From: Patescibacteria group bacterium
Lineage (GTDB): Bacteria; Patescibacteriota; Microgenomatia; Levybacterales; UBA12049
DNA length: 64,000 bases
Direction: 5' to 3'
Assembly (NCBI GenBank): GCA_038063415.1
Contig: JBBTVD010000011.1
Span: forward strand, 779-64,778
Of the stretch, positions 1 to 10,702 are shown piece by piece. Below the pieces are notes generated by a model. That model was not told the DNA's origin, did no database searches, and saw only the letters and a list, made by a program, of their open reading frames with translations. The stretch's first letter is position 1. Each line of letters opens with the position of its first letter. Made by a program: the position numbers and the translations under genes.

Positions 1-1383
1 CCTATGCCCTGGTTGCGCTAAGTCCAAACTGAGCAGCGTAGTAAGACTTCTCGCATCGCCACCAAGCACACTGGAAGCGTCACGATTATCATCGTGTAAC
101 ATCTCGGTAAATTGTGCTGTTGCCAAGTCATATCGACCCAACTTTGCCTCAGTATCCATCATCTGAGCGAGTCGTCCACGTGGAGCCATGGTAGGTCGTG
201 CTTGATTATATTCAATGTCTCCCATATGCGAAGCACGATCCCGTTTCAAATTTTTATTTCGCTCAAGTGCCCCAAAGATAAATCCTGTACCAACACCACC
301 AAAAAGAGCACGTCGTCCCCCTTGACGAGCAGCCTGCATAGCAATAGAAACCGCTGCTCCAGCAGTTGCTTCATTCAAATACCCATGCGATTTCTCTTCT
401 GCCGTTACAATAAACCGATCAAGAAGACTCAGCTTTGGCGTGCTGGCAGCTGCCCAGTTGGCGTTGGCAAGGTCAATAGCTACATGATCAGCAATCTGAT
501 CGAGGCTATATTTATGTGCGTCATAATCTGCCTTCACTTTGTCAGCAATCGGGAGCATATCGGTCGCGAAGTGTTCGGCAATCCGTCCAAACTGTGTCGC
601 GTCTTTGCCAAAGAGTTCTCCTAATTGACGACGAACCGTAGGGTCAGAGTCATTTTGGTGATTTTCCATAAACGTACGTAAGGAAGCTTGCAGTGCTTCT
701 TCTCGTACTTTAGTTTCTGTCGAAGCAAAGTCGCCATGTCTCTCTACAATCGGACGCAGTACTTCAGTTACTAAGAGTTGTTGTACTGGCCCAGCAGCAG
801 CCTCTACGTGTTGGAACCTGGTATTGCCCAAGCCAGCTTCTGCTGACATCTTTACTTGCTCAACTTTTGCTTGCCCTGCTTCCCGTTCTTTGTCCTGCTG
901 ATCAGTAAAAGTGAAATTTTTCCCTGCCCGACCAATAACGTTCATCTCAAAGTAAGCGTTCTCATTGTCTTTGATTGCTTCACGTGCCCACTTTATACCC
1001 CGACCTCGATAGTATTCTTCAGCAAATTTAAGCCCTGCTTTCCTCCCCCATTCAGCAGGAGCTTTCCATCCACGCCAACGCTTCTCGCTCCAGGCTTGAC
1101 GCAACTGATTATCAACCATCTCTCGAGCTCTTTTCTCGACATCTTCCTGGCGGTTAACAAGTGTTATTTTGTGTTTTTCTGGAGCATCATCAGTATGTGT
1201 ATCAGTAGGCTCTCCAGTAACTGTTGTCGTTGGAGCTGGTTCAGGAGTTCGAGGCGCAGGAATGAGAGGAGCTATTTCCGTAGGAGGGGTGGATGGCGCA
1301 GGAGGAACGCTGCTCCTCCGTACGGGAGCAGGTGTGGGCCTATCGAGGAGAGCTAAACCTTCAGGTGTAAATGTTTCTGCCAT
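1..1383 (-). CDS. Large hypothetical protein, running off the left edge of the window (Pro/Thr-rich N-terminus, helical body)
   Basis: Hand translation from ATG at 1383 (MAETFTPEGLALLDRPTPAP...) stays open to position 1. It is absent from the ORF track because no stop lies in the window. Confidence 0.8.
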   Translation of the reverse strand, partial: MAETFTPEGLALLDRPTPAPVRRSSVPPAPSTPPTEIAPLIPAPRTPEPAPTTTVTGEPTDTHTDDAPEKHKITLVNRQEDVEKRAREMVDNQLRQAWSEKRWRGWKAPAEWGRKAGLKFAEEYYRGRGIKWAREAIKDNENAYFEMNVIGRAGKNFTFTDQQDKEREAGQAKVEQVKMSAEAGLGNTRFQHVEAAAGPVQQLLVTEVLRPIVERHGDFASTETKVREEALQASLRTFMENHQNDSDPTVRRQLGELFGKDATQFGRIAEHFATDMLPIADKVKADYDAHKYSLDQIADHVAIDLANANWAAASTPKLSLLDRFIVTAEEKSHGYLNEATAGAAVSIAMQAARQGGRRALFGGVGTGFIFGALERNKNLKRDRASHMGDIEYNQARPTMAPRGRLAQMMDTEAKLGRYDLATAQFTEMLHDDNRDASSVLGGDARSLTTLLSLDLAQPGHR

Positions 1384-1424
1384 AGTTAGGATATGTCATC
1401 AGTAGATTGTTCGTGTGCTTCCGT

Positions 1425-1751
1425 TTACTTTCCTTTTTTGGATTGCACATTGCCTACATACATTTTTCGGAACTCTATAAAAGCGTTCGTGAAAATGTCT
1501 TGTGCATTAGGCAGCTTGGCTTGCACAAATTGCTCAATTTCCTCTTTAGACTTTTTCTCTTCATTCATTTTGATAAAAGCTTCAAGATCATCTGGCTCGA
1601 GATTATTAACAATGACACTCGTAAGGTAATTTTCAAGCTGCACAAAAAGCTCTTGCAACATGTCTTCGCGCATTGAGTCATCAAGCGTAAGCGTGTCGGA
1701 TTCAGCTAATAAACCCTCTAAATATGTTCGTATATCGTCTGGAATTGGCAT
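1425..1751 (-). CDS. Small acidic helical protein, DUF5663-like (CPR family)
   Basis: 108-aa ORF with an acidic helical pattern resembling CPR DUF5663 proteins. Confidence 0.6.
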   Translation of the reverse strand: MPIPDDIRTYLEGLLAESDTLTLDDSMREDMLQELFVQLENYLTSVIVNNLEPDDLEAFIKMNEEKKSKEEIEQFVQAKLPNAQDIFTNAFIEFRKMYVGNVQSKKGK

Positions 1752-1942
1752 AAAATATAGTACCTGCTCACCTCCTCGCTTTTACTAAGTATGGAAAATA
1801 TGAAAAGAAAAGTCAACACAGAATATCACTTTCTGAAGCTTACTAGACGACAAAACGATAATCTTTACAAAAAAACAACATAAGGATTTTAGTAGGCTAA
1901 CGGATTGGAAGAAAAAAAGAAGAGAGCGCTATTTCGTAGAGG

Positions 1943-2854
1943 TCATGTCTGACTTTCAAGCCATCGCTCTGCCTCAAGAGCAGCCGCACAGCCAAACCCT
2001 GCTGCCGTTACTGCTTGCATATATTGATGGTCATAGACATCCCCCGCGACGAAGACCCCTTCAATATTGGTATGGAAATGCTCGCGTGCCTTAATAAAAC
2101 CTTTCTCATCTACTTCAATGCCCTTAAAGACAGTTGAATTCGGAATGTGTCCAATAGCGACGAAAACCCCATCCGTTACAAGCTCTTTTTCTTCACCATT
2201 TATAGTATCTTTTACTTTGACTCCGGAGACTTTCATCTCACCAAGTACTTGCGTAATCTGCGTATTCATCATAAAGGTGATCTTGGGATTCGCCTTTGCT
2301 TTGTCCTGCATGGCTTGGGAAGCCCGAAACTCACCCCGACGATGAATGATCGTTACCTGTTTGGCAAAACGAGTCAAGACACAGGCTTCTTCCATTGCAC
2401 TATCGCCTCCTCCGGCCACAATCACGTCTTTGTCACGGAAGAATGGCGCATCACAAGGCGCACAAGAGGAGATACCACGACCAATCTTTTCAGACTCTCC
2501 TGGGACACCAAGCCATTTGGTGTCAGCACCAGTCGCGATAATGACTGCTTTCCCTTCATACTGCTGTTCATCAGTCTTGACGACAAAAGGCTGCTTCCCA
2601 AAGTCTGTCGCGATAACATTGACATCAATGATCTCCGCACCATGATGCTCGGTTTGCTTACGCATATTGGCCATAAGGTCTGGCCCTTGAATACCTTCTG
2701 GAAAGCCTGGAAAATTTTCGACTTCTGTGGTGAGCATGAGTTGTCCTCCCCACTTTGCACCAGCAAGAAGAAGTGTTTTAAGACCAGCGCGGGTGTTATA
2801 AATTGCAGCGGTGAGACCTGCTGGGCCTGAACCAATAATGATTACATCGTACAT
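1943..2854 (-). CDS. trxB: Thioredoxin reductase
   Basis: GSGPAGLTAA FAD motif, CAPCD redox motif, GGGDSAMEEA NADPH motif, GVFVAGD. Confidence 0.97.
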   Translation of the reverse strand: MYDVIIIGSGPAGLTAAIYNTRAGLKTLLLAGAKWGGQLMLTTEVENFPGFPEGIQGPDLMANMRKQTEHHGAEIIDVNVIATDFGKQPFVVKTDEQQYEGKAVIIATGADTKWLGVPGESEKIGRGISSCAPCDAPFFRDKDVIVAGGGDSAMEEACVLTRFAKQVTIIHRRGEFRASQAMQDKAKANPKITFMMNTQITQVLGEMKVSGVKVKDTINGEEKELVTDGVFVAIGHIPNSTVFKGIEVDEKGFIKAREHFHTNIEGVFVAGDVYDHQYMQAVTAAGFGCAAALEAERWLESQT

Positions 2855-2863
2855 AGAAATAAG

Positions 2864-3187
2864 TTATCCGAGGATTTCATTAATCATTTTTTTGTAGCTT
2901 TCTTTTCCTTGAGCCCCGACAGTTGACTTCACTGGCTTGCCATCTTTAAAGGCCATAACCGTTGGGATACTCATAATGCCATATTGCCCTGCGGCCTGTG
3001 GGTTTTCATCAACATTAAGCTTGCCGACAACTAATTTCCCGGCGTATTCTTTGGCAAGTTCTTCAATAATTGGAGAAACCATGCGGCAAGGACCACACCA
3101 GACTGCCCAGAAATCGACGAGAACTGGGAGCTTACTTTCGAGAACTTGTTGTTTAAAAGTGGAATCGGTAAAAGTGACGTCTGCCAT
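2864..3187 (-). CDS. trxA: Thioredoxin
   Basis: WCGPC motif, 107 aa, directly upstream of trxB. Confidence 0.98.
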   Translation of the reverse strand: MADVTFTDSTFKQQVLESKLPVLVDFWAVWCGPCRMVSPIIEELAKEYAGKLVVGKLNVDENPQAAGQYGIMSIPTVMAFKDGKPVKSTVGAQGKESYKKMINEILG

Positions 3188-3259
3188 AGATCTAGTAATT
3201 ATACTAGCACTGAAAGACAGATTCTGTCAATGGAGGGAATTACTGACATTACCCACTTT

Positions 3260-3369
3260 GTCATCCTGGCTCTCATTCGCTAAAGCTGTGGCAGAGGAGA
3301 ATATTGTCCAGGATCTGATTCTGGAAAAGTCGCCTGCATGTCGGCAGGAAGATTGCTTTCCAGCATGAC
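3260..3369. repeat. GTCAT-type palindromic REP-like element (family A), intergenic, composite
   Basis: GTCATCCTGG...CCAGGATCT followed by GATTCTGGAAA...TTTCCAGCATGAC, with an internal CCTGC...GCAGG hairpin. Confidence 0.7.
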
Positions 3370-3400
3370 GTTTTGAGACAAAAATTGGGATGTTTTTGGA

Positions 3401-4491
3401 TTATTTTTTTGCTACCGCCTCTGCTCGAGAAATAAAATGACTCTCAAGTAAGCCCCTTTTATTCATGTAAGCCAAAACCGGAACTTGAGCTGCTCCCATA
3501 GGTGGTTCTCTATCTGATCCAGGCAATCCCATGCTCATAGGCCAATTCTCTCTATCACCTGTAATATCAGGTGAAAAATAGGCAACAGAGAGAAGTCCCA
3601 CAAAGGTATCAGGATTAACATGACGAGGATCACCTAATTCAATTCCACTTGCTAATTCTCCTGTAGGTTGATCAAAAAGCCATGTTCTTTTGCCCGCTGT
3701 ACTTTTCCAATGAAGCATAGGACTAAGATTGCCTCCCTTATTCGTCAACGAGTCTCTATCTCTTTCAACCCTAAAATAAGCTTGAGAGGAAACTTCACTA
3801 TCATATACAGTGGGTCTACGGACATCAAAATATCCCTTGCCACTAAGCTCAGGTGTATCTATATGAAAATCGTTTCCTCCTTCAATTGGCGTGATAGTAA
3901 CACCTGGTGGATTTTTGACATATAATACTTTTGAGGTACTATCATAAGATCCATTTGAGGTACGATAAGAAGCTCCTGTGAACGTCGATGGTTCTCTCCT
4001 TATCATTCTAGAAAATCTACGTCTAAGAGTTACTTCCTCTTTACTAAATACACGTCCAAGAGAAATAGTAGTATCAGGGTAATCGATAGCCTCAATAAAC
4101 TGACTACTATGTCGCCCAAATTCACGCCAACCTGCTCCAAGAGCTCCATGCAGATTGCTCAACCGATCACGATCCTCACTAGGGATGGGGAACGCACGAT
4201 ACTCAGGATCATTTAAAATCTTACACCATCTATAGAATCATCGTCACCATTAGGGGCAATGTGGCGGAGAAATGAGAAGAGTGATAGACCATTAAGTGGA
4301 CTGTCTAAATATGCAGCATACTCAGTAGTATCAGGATCACCACCTACATAAGAGCGAATCAATAAAGGTGCAGTAGCTAACGATAACCCCTTAGGTTCAT
4401 CAATTTGATGCCCTGAAAGTAGCTCACCCACTGAAGTTCTATATGTGGTTACAATGTTTTCGATTGGATCACGGGAAAACTCTAAGCTCAT
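3401..4491 (-). pseudogene. Hypothetical protein, probably one gene split by a frameshift near 4215 (ORFs 4213-4491 and 3401-4162)
   Basis: The downstream frame stays open upstream of its TTG (KILNDPEYRAFPIPSEDRDRL...) and overlaps the end of the upstream ORF by about 8 codons. Confidence 0.5.
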
Positions 4492-4560
4492 AATATGATT
4501 ATTACACAAATTCTCGCTTACTCGCAAGATCGACTCTCGTTTTTCTTATCTGACAAGTGT

Positions 4561-5554
4561 TTATCTCTTGCAAACAAGGCTTGTCTTCCTGGAGGGAGAG
4601 AAGGCAACAGATTGCCAATAGCCAAATGAAGATAAAATCAATCCCATGGCATGCCCTTCCCAACCCTTTAGATCCACAAACTGTACATTACCAGCTCCTG
4701 TATTGTTGATAATCTCTCGTACCCGTTTTTTGGGGAAATTACGATCGCCTTCCGTCTGCCCGACAATTACTTGTGCGCGAGTCGCTGGAATTAATCCAGT
4801 GTCCGAGAACGACCAACAGATGTTTGTTCACTTCTTGAGGTTCAAAACGAAACTTACGATTCTCTGTTCGTTCCTCTAGCTTGAGTACCCCTTTAAATCT
4901 ATTCAATAGTTTGGTAATAAGTGACGATACACCTAGTAATGTACGGCCTGTTGTCCGCAAATGCCCCTTATTATCGAGACTTGTAGCATTAAACAATCCA
5001 ATCGTATCTACTGATAATCCAAGCTCTGCTGCAATTTGAGCGACAGGTCCGCCAGCAGAAAAGCCTATAATCTCTGCATTCGTATCAGTAATCATATCTT
5101 GCATTGCAGCAAGAATATCTCGTGCTTTATCAAGTTGCATTTGGGTTACTTTCACTCCTTCGGGAAGTCCTTCCGCAGCAGGATCTACTAGCTTACTATT
5201 AGAATTTCGTTCTCCTGTATAGGCAAGTCCCACAACTCTTACTGGATCTTCTCCCTGACTTTCGGCAAGAGCTTCTAAATCTACTCGTAATCTTGGTAAC
5301 ACACCTTTCCCCGAAGCGTTATATGGAGATTCATAAACAAGAAGGCGAGTTCTTCTCTGCTGATCAGCAGGAAGGGCAGCGATATCTTTTGGCAAGACTT
5401 GCATTAGTTGCACATCTCCATGGCCATAATTCTCTTTATTACCTACGATGACACTTCTTTCTGTCACAGTAGCCTCAGTCCTTGGCTCTCTTGAGCTGAG
5501 ATTAGCGGCTCTTACAGATAAGAGTTCAGGAGATGGTGCTTGCTCTGCGGATAT
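4561..5554 (-). pseudogene. Frameshifted alpha/beta-hydrolase-like gene
   Basis: GFSAGG nucleophile elbow. The C-terminal part (EQTSVGRS..., VIVGQTEGD..., WEGHAMGL) lies in other frames, and the likely start position reads ATA. Confidence 0.65.
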
Positions 5555-5727
5555 ATTCTCTTAAAGTATACATAATTAAGACTAATATTGCTTTTTTATA
5601 TAATGCTTAAATAATGTTGGCATTCTTTCACTTATGTATTACTCCAGCTCTTCTGACTTGCTCTATAAATAATAAAACCATTGATCAAAGAAGTCAACGA
5701 GCGATTTAAAAGGCGAAAAATGGCACC

Positions 5728-6630
5728 TTATGCAGCCATACTAGCTATTCTTTTTGGAGAAGAAAGTCGCCTTCTTGTTGCCTGGAGTGGTCTTCTTGCC
5801 CTTCGTACCAAAACACTTGGTTCAGAATCTTCCTCTTCATCCGGCTGAACAACAACATCTTTTGTTACTGGAGATTTTATCCCCTCATGTTCTGCAAGCA
5901 AAGCATCTTGAATATGCTTGGGCAGCAAGCTTAAGATAAGATACAGAAGTATACGAGAAAACTTTAGCTTTTGCTCTTCCTCTTCGGTAAGCCCAGCACG
6001 CAAGAGAGCTGTTTGCTCCTTTGCCAAGAGTGATGCAACCCGACGAAGTGTCGGTGCATCCAAACTCTCAAGTACTGGCATGGCATGTTCACTTCGCAAA
6101 ATATCCCCCAAGGCCGCAGGCGCACTCTCTGGGGCAGTATCTCCAAGAATATCTTTAACCACATTTTTATATAACTCATTTTTAAGAAGGCTTACTTCCG
6201 GCCTTTCTGGTATAGCGACACCCTGTTTTTTTTCTCCAGATCCTCCTTGCATGTCATGCGTCACTTGCCTATGAATCCCCTCGTAGGCTTGCGCCATAGC
6301 CTCAAGTTGTTGCTGTGGATCGGTGTATTGTTCTTTTACGGCAAGTAGTGCTGCCTTTTCTTGAGCTTGTGCTTCACGAGACAACACATCATTTTGTCGC
6401 ACTAACTCTTGGGGATTTTCTCTTCTATAATCCGATCGAGATGTCGTCGTCTCTGCTCCGTTCACTCCTATTCTTGTAGGCCACCGCCATGCTCTCTCAG
6501 GAGCTTGAGTGATCGTAGGACGACGAGGTTCGTCACCAGCAAAAGTTCGTACTCCTAATGGAGCACCTCTTTCGCTTGTACGCGCTACAAAAGATCTCGC
6601 CTGTGGTTGTACGCTTAGTACTTCTGTCAT
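5728..6630 (-). CDS. Hypothetical protein
   Basis: 300-aa ORF with an ATG start and no recognisable motif. Confidence 0.75.
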   Translation of the reverse strand: MTEVLSVQPQARSFVARTSERGAPLGVRTFAGDEPRRPTITQAPERAWRWPTRIGVNGAETTTSRSDYRRENPQELVRQNDVLSREAQAQEKAALLAVKEQYTDPQQQLEAMAQAYEGIHRQVTHDMQGGSGEKKQGVAIPERPEVSLLKNELYKNVVKDILGDTAPESAPAALGDILRSEHAMPVLESLDAPTLRRVASLLAKEQTALLRAGLTEEEEQKLKFSRILLYLILSLLPKHIQDALLAEHEGIKSPVTKDVVVQPDEEEDSEPSVLVRRARRPLQATRRRLSSPKRIASMAA

Positions 6631-6700
6631 AGTAGCGATATACTACTACGCAATAAGAAAACGTGCATGATATTTGCCTTATACAAACATCACAATGCGG

Positions 6701-8275
6701 TTACCCCAAATCTTCACTCTTAGCATGCAGATAATAAAACCACTGATCAAAAAAGGCAAAAAGGAGCTTAAAAGGAGCTTCAATAAGGAAATCAAAGAGA
6801 AAAAGAAAAATATTCACTTGAGAGATACTCTGGGTAAGTTTACGCCCCGTACGAATAACCGGCATAAAAAGGAAATCGACCAACAATGTTCCTAGCCCTT
6901 GCGTATCCCCCACACGGTAGACATTGGCAAGCAGTGCAATACGATAAGCCAGGAATGAAACAATCGCAAGGAAGAAGGTAAAGATCCCCATACTAATAAT
7001 AGTAAATTCTAGACTGGAAAGAATCAAAATGATACTTCCGAAAGAAATGATAAAGGCACCTAGCCACAAAATGTCAAAAGCAATGACCAACGCACCACTT
7101 CGTTTCTGATTTTTGGCAGTCACCAAACGTTTACCCAACTGGGGATTCTCCTCAAAGAGAAGTTGTGTAATAAAGGTATGGATTCGCTCAGAATTACTCT
7201 TGCCTGGTGTCCGAATAAAGAAACTCACAACTACCATAAGTAACGGTGGGATAACAATATTAATAATCATCGATCCCCACAGAATGTGTCCATAAAAAAT
7301 TCGCTCGTATGTCCCCTCGATAGCAAAAGCAAAGGCAACTTTGGTCATCAAAATAAAGATAACCGATCGAATAACGGCTCGTTTTACTTTGGAATCAATG
7401 CCGTGATACCGTGTCTCACAAGCGGCAAAAACAGCCTCCTGTAGTGCTTCTTTATTTTCAAGGAATGATTTAAGATTGTCCTTACCCAAATCCAAGATAT
7501 CCTCCAAGATAAACCAGACAGCCGTTCGCCGTTTAACATAAGCATAAATTTTATCTTTTAAAGGATAGTTGAGTTGCTTAAGGATTTCTTTGTATCCTTT
7601 AAGAAAATGCTCAACCGTGAAATCAAAGGTTTCAGGAGTAAGCTTGCCGAAATACTGAACAAACATATGGTAACGCAGAAAAGCCAGATCATCACGTGCA
7701 AAAGCCTTACGAACCGCCATAAAAACCTGCGCGTCTTTGGTCTCTTTGGTGTCATCAAGGATCTCAACATCGTCACGAAGTACGTGAAACATAAAATTGG
7801 TCATGACTTCTTTTTTGTGCTTAGGGTTCAGGATATATTGAATTTCTGCCGACATCAAATCATAAATCCAGTCATTAATAATGGCATCTGGCACTCGATG
7901 CTTTTCCATAACAAGCAAACGTAGCTTCAAGTAGCGATCAATCGTATCTTCGACTTTGGTAACAATAGATCTGGGAAGCTCATTCTCTGGCAAGTACCGT
8001 GCCCAAAGCAATTCTTTAATTAAGGGAAGGCCAGTGGTTTCGCCTGTGCCTCCCAAAAGTAAACGACGCTTAAGGATGCGCTCAATAGTTGCACGAAGGA
8101 CAACTTCATCTTCGCGAAATTCCATAGCATTGCGCAATCGTTCATACCAGGTAGCGAATTTAGAAACGATAGGATTAACTGTTATTTTTTCTTCCTCGGT
8201 TGTGGGACTGTCTTTTTTCTCAAATACTTCCAACAGATAGTTAGCCATCTGTGAAAGTGGACGATACGTATCCAT
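6701..8275 (-). CDS. Hypothetical membrane protein (soluble helical N-domain plus about 4 TM segments)
   Basis: 524-aa ORF with hydrophobic segments in the C-terminal half. Confidence 0.8.
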   Translation of the reverse strand: MDTYRPLSQMANYLLEVFEKKDSPTTEEEKITVNPIVSKFATWYERLRNAMEFREDEVVLRATIERILKRRLLLGGTGETTGLPLIKELLWARYLPENELPRSIVTKVEDTIDRYLKLRLLVMEKHRVPDAIINDWIYDLMSAEIQYILNPKHKKEVMTNFMFHVLRDDVEILDDTKETKDAQVFMAVRKAFARDDLAFLRYHMFVQYFGKLTPETFDFTVEHFLKGYKEILKQLNYPLKDKIYAYVKRRTAVWFILEDILDLGKDNLKSFLENKEALQEAVFAACETRYHGIDSKVKRAVIRSVIFILMTKVAFAFAIEGTYERIFYGHILWGSMIINIVIPPLLMVVVSFFIRTPGKSNSERIHTFITQLLFEENPQLGKRLVTAKNQKRSGALVIAFDILWLGAFIISFGSIILILSSLEFTIISMGIFTFFLAIVSFLAYRIALLANVYRVGDTQGLGTLLVDFLFMPVIRTGRKLTQSISQVNIFLFLFDFLIEAPFKLLFAFFDQWFYYLHAKSEDLG

Positions 8276-8354
8276 AATAGTTGTAATTATATATCAAATC
8301 ACTATGTGAGTACAGAAAAACATTGTATTGCTTACTTTATTCTTGGTAACTTTA

Positions 8355-8383
8355 TTGACAAACCACAGAAGAATCAATAGAAT
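8355..8383 (+). promoter_or_regulatory. Sigma70-type promoter of the DsbA-family gene
   Basis: TTGACA-17 nt-TAGAAT, ending 9 nt before ATG 8393. Confidence 0.7.
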
Positions 8384-8392
8384 GAGACCTAG

Positions 8393-9202
8393 ATGAAAAA
8401 AGAAACTCCTGTAGAACCAGTCCTAGAATCAGAACCTAAAAAGAAAAAAGATTACTTCACGCTTCGCATTCCTCGATTTAGCTTTGAAAATACAAGAATC
8501 AATGGTTTTCTTGTGGTATGTCTTGTCATTTTTGCCTTCCTGCTTGGTATGCTTGTGAGTAAAGTAACGTACCTTGAAAAGATGGCTACGCAGTCAGCTC
8601 CGACACCAGCAGCACCAGGGGCCGCAGAGCCAACGATTGCTCCCCCTCCACAAATTGTGGATGTAGCATCTGGTAAGCTACCTATTCTTGGTGACCCAAA
8701 TGCAAAAGTAACCGTGGTTGAGTTTAGCGACTTTCAATGTCCGTTCTGTAAGAGAGCATTTGATGATGCTATTGCACAAATAAAGAAAGAATACGTTGAC
8801 ACCAATAAAATCGCTTTTGCTTTCCGTCACTCTCCTCTCACCAGTATCCACCCCAACGCAAGGGAAGCCTCCCTTGCTTCTGAATGCGCAAATGAGCAGG
8901 GTGATTTTTGGACATACCATGACCAACTCTTTAATACACAAGATGACTGGTCTCCAAAGGCAGGCAACGCAGCAACTGACGCGTTCATAGAGATTGCTGG
9001 AGGATTGGGAATGGACGCTGATCAATTTAGATCATGCCTTGAGTCTGAGAAGCATGCACCAAGAGTTGATGCAGACATGCAAGATGCTTCAACAGTTCAA
9101 GTAGATGGGACACCAACCTTCTTTATTAATGGCTATCGAGTAGTCGGAGCCGTACCTTTTGCTGATATCAAGAAAGTAATTGAAGCCGAATTAAAGAAAT
9201 AA
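8393..9202 (+). CDS. Membrane-anchored DsbA/thioredoxin-fold oxidoreductase
   Basis: N-terminal TM, EFSDFQCPFC motif, GTPTFFING. Confidence 0.92.
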   Translation: MKKETPVEPVLESEPKKKKDYFTLRIPRFSFENTRINGFLVVCLVIFAFLLGMLVSKVTYLEKMATQSAPTPAAPGAAEPTIAPPPQIVDVASGKLPILGDPNAKVTVVEFSDFQCPFCKRAFDDAIAQIKKEYVDTNKIAFAFRHSPLTSIHPNAREASLASECANEQGDFWTYHDQLFNTQDDWSPKAGNAATDAFIEIAGGLGMDADQFRSCLESEKHAPRVDADMQDASTVQVDGTPTFFINGYRVVGAVPFADIKKVIEAELKK

Positions 9203-9206
9203 AAGT

Positions 9207-9476
9207 CTATTTAAAATAAAACTCTTTCAATGGCTCTGTCATTTCTTCCCAGTCAACCTTTACCGCTTTTATTTCTGCCAGAAATGGACCTTTTTCACAT
9301 TTGGCAACAAGCTTTGCGATAGTCTTTTTGTCCCCTTGCACAACAGCCTCTACCCTTCCATCAGGGATATTACGAACCCATCCTGTCAGTTGCAATTTAC
9401 GTGCATTGCTACGAATGAAGTAACGAAACCCTACTCCTTGGACAATCCCTGAAATAAAAATGTGTGCTTGTAGCAT
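9207..9476 (-). CDS. acyP: Acylphosphatase
   Basis: GIVQGVGFR and GWVRN motifs. Confidence 0.95.
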   Translation of the reverse strand: MLQAHIFISGIVQGVGFRYFIRSNARKLQLTGWVRNIPDGRVEAVVQGDKKTIAKLVAKCEKGPFLAEIKAVKVDWEEMTEPLKEFYFK

Positions 9477-9742
9477 TATTTTTTCTTTCCCCCTTTCCGT
9501 ATTTCCTTAAGCTTCCACATAAAAAGCGCACCTTTGTTGTCTGCTTTGCTATCAACGGCAAATGATAATGCCTGCTCAAGAATCGACCGATGTACAGTCT
9601 TGGCAAGCTTCATATAGAGACTTTTATGTTTATAATCATCAAGTTTGTCCGCCAAATGCAACGCAAACGTCTGAAACTCTCGGGAGACATATTTATCTGT
9701 TGTAGGATTAAAATTGATGAGGACGTTTTTAATAGACTGCAT
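9476..9742 (-). CDS. Small basic hypothetical protein
   Basis: 88-aa ORF whose stop overlaps the acyP start. Confidence 0.75.
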   Translation of the reverse strand: MQSIKNVLINFNPTTDKYVSREFQTFALHLADKLDDYKHKSLYMKLAKTVHRSILEQALSFAVDSKADNKGALFMWKLKEIRKGGKKK

Positions 9743-9749
9743 AATGTTA

Positions 9750-9844
9750 ATTTTCTATCTGTCATTTTACCATTTTCCATTGATTGTCATTTGTAAATCG
9801 GACTTATTAAATAAAATGGAAAATGGAAGCTGGGAAATGGACAA
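9750..9844. repeat. Inverted arrays of degenerate 7-nt units (CATTTTC/GAAAATG type)
   Basis: cattttac cattttc cattg ... aaatgga aaatgga agctggg aaatgga, between pth and the downstream gene. Confidence 0.55.
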
Positions 9845-10489
9845 TCATTTCGTGTTGTATCTGTTCATTGCCGTTTCCAGTCCTTTTTCGAGTGCAAGAC
9901 TCAGAGCATCAGCACCATGGTTAATCATCTCCCGTACCTTCCCTTGTTCATTTTGGGTAAAAGGGGCAAGCACTAAGTCTTCTGCATCTCGGATATGCTC
10001 ACGCCCCAAGGAATGACTCTTCCCATCTTCAAGAGCGCTTCTCCCACGACGGGCTACCCCAATACCCATGCGAAATCGCCAGAACTGGTCGGTTGCCAGC
10101 TGCGCCATAATTGATTCAACCCCATGATGTCCGGCTGCCGCCCCACCAAACCTAATCTTCATAAAGCCAACCGGTAAATCAAGCTCATCATACACAACCC
10201 AGACATCTTCCGTAGCAATTTTATAGTAGGAAGTAAGAAGTTGCACCGCCATACCAGAGTTATTCATGTAGGTTTGTGGTTTTGCGAGGATGAGTTTTTC
10301 TTCATTACCGTCTTTCCCCTTCCAATCAATCGTAACAACATCACTTTTGAGTTTACTATTGGCAGACCACGTAGCTTTTTCGACAGATGAAATCTCTTTG
10401 AGGAAATGATCAACGACCGCAAAACCCAGATTGTGTCGGGTAGAGGCATACTTTTCTCCTGGATTTCCGAGACCGACAATAAGCTTCAT
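9845..10489 (-). CDS. pth: Peptidyl-tRNA hydrolase
   Basis: LIVGLGNPG, TRHNLGF, KPQTYMNNSG, DELDLP and GHHG motifs. Confidence 0.97.
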   Translation of the reverse strand: MKLIVGLGNPGEKYASTRHNLGFAVVDHFLKEISSVEKATWSANSKLKSDVVTIDWKGKDGNEEKLILAKPQTYMNNSGMAVQLLTSYYKIATEDVWVVYDELDLPVGFMKIRFGGAAAGHHGVESIMAQLATDQFWRFRMGIGVARRGRSALEDGKSHSLGREHIRDAEDLVLAPFTQNEQGKVREMINHGADALSLALEKGLETAMNRYNTK

Positions 10490-10541
10490 AAAGACATTCC
10501 TATACTACACCATATACAACTTCTTGTGAAGAGCTACATTT

Positions 10542-10639
10542 TTTACGGGTGGCACGACTGGGTCTCCCGTTCGAGCGCCCACAGGAAGCTTCGCTTCTGA
10601 GGACGTCGGAATGGGGTGAGGAGTGACGGATCCCGTAAA
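10542..10639. repeat. GC-rich palindromic element (family B), intergenic copy
   Basis: TTTACGGG...CCCGTAAA ends. The core CGACTGGG..TCGAGCGCCC.CAGGAAG..GAGGACGTCGGA..GGGGTGAGGAG is shared with 23901-23992. Confidence 0.85.
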
Positions 10640-10650
10640 GACCAGGTAAT

Positions 10651-10686
10651 AAAAACAAACAGGATCAGTTACCTGATCCTGTTTGT
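10651..10686 (-). terminator. Intrinsic terminator
   Basis: Perfect 14-bp stem ACAAACAGGATCAG/CTGATCCTGTTTGT with a 4-nt loop, followed by a U-run on the minus strand, just after the 10703 stop. Confidence 0.8.
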
Positions 10687-10702
10687 AAGATAAATACAAA
10701 GG

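Noticed and set aside
112-1405. Plus-strand ORFs of 170, 166 and 78 aa
   Set aside because: They are antisense shadows of the long minus-strand gene starting at 1383.
10505-10699. 64-aa ORF resembling the exonuclease insert
   Set aside because: It is simply the translation of the family B repeat plus the terminator, with no evidence of a real gene.
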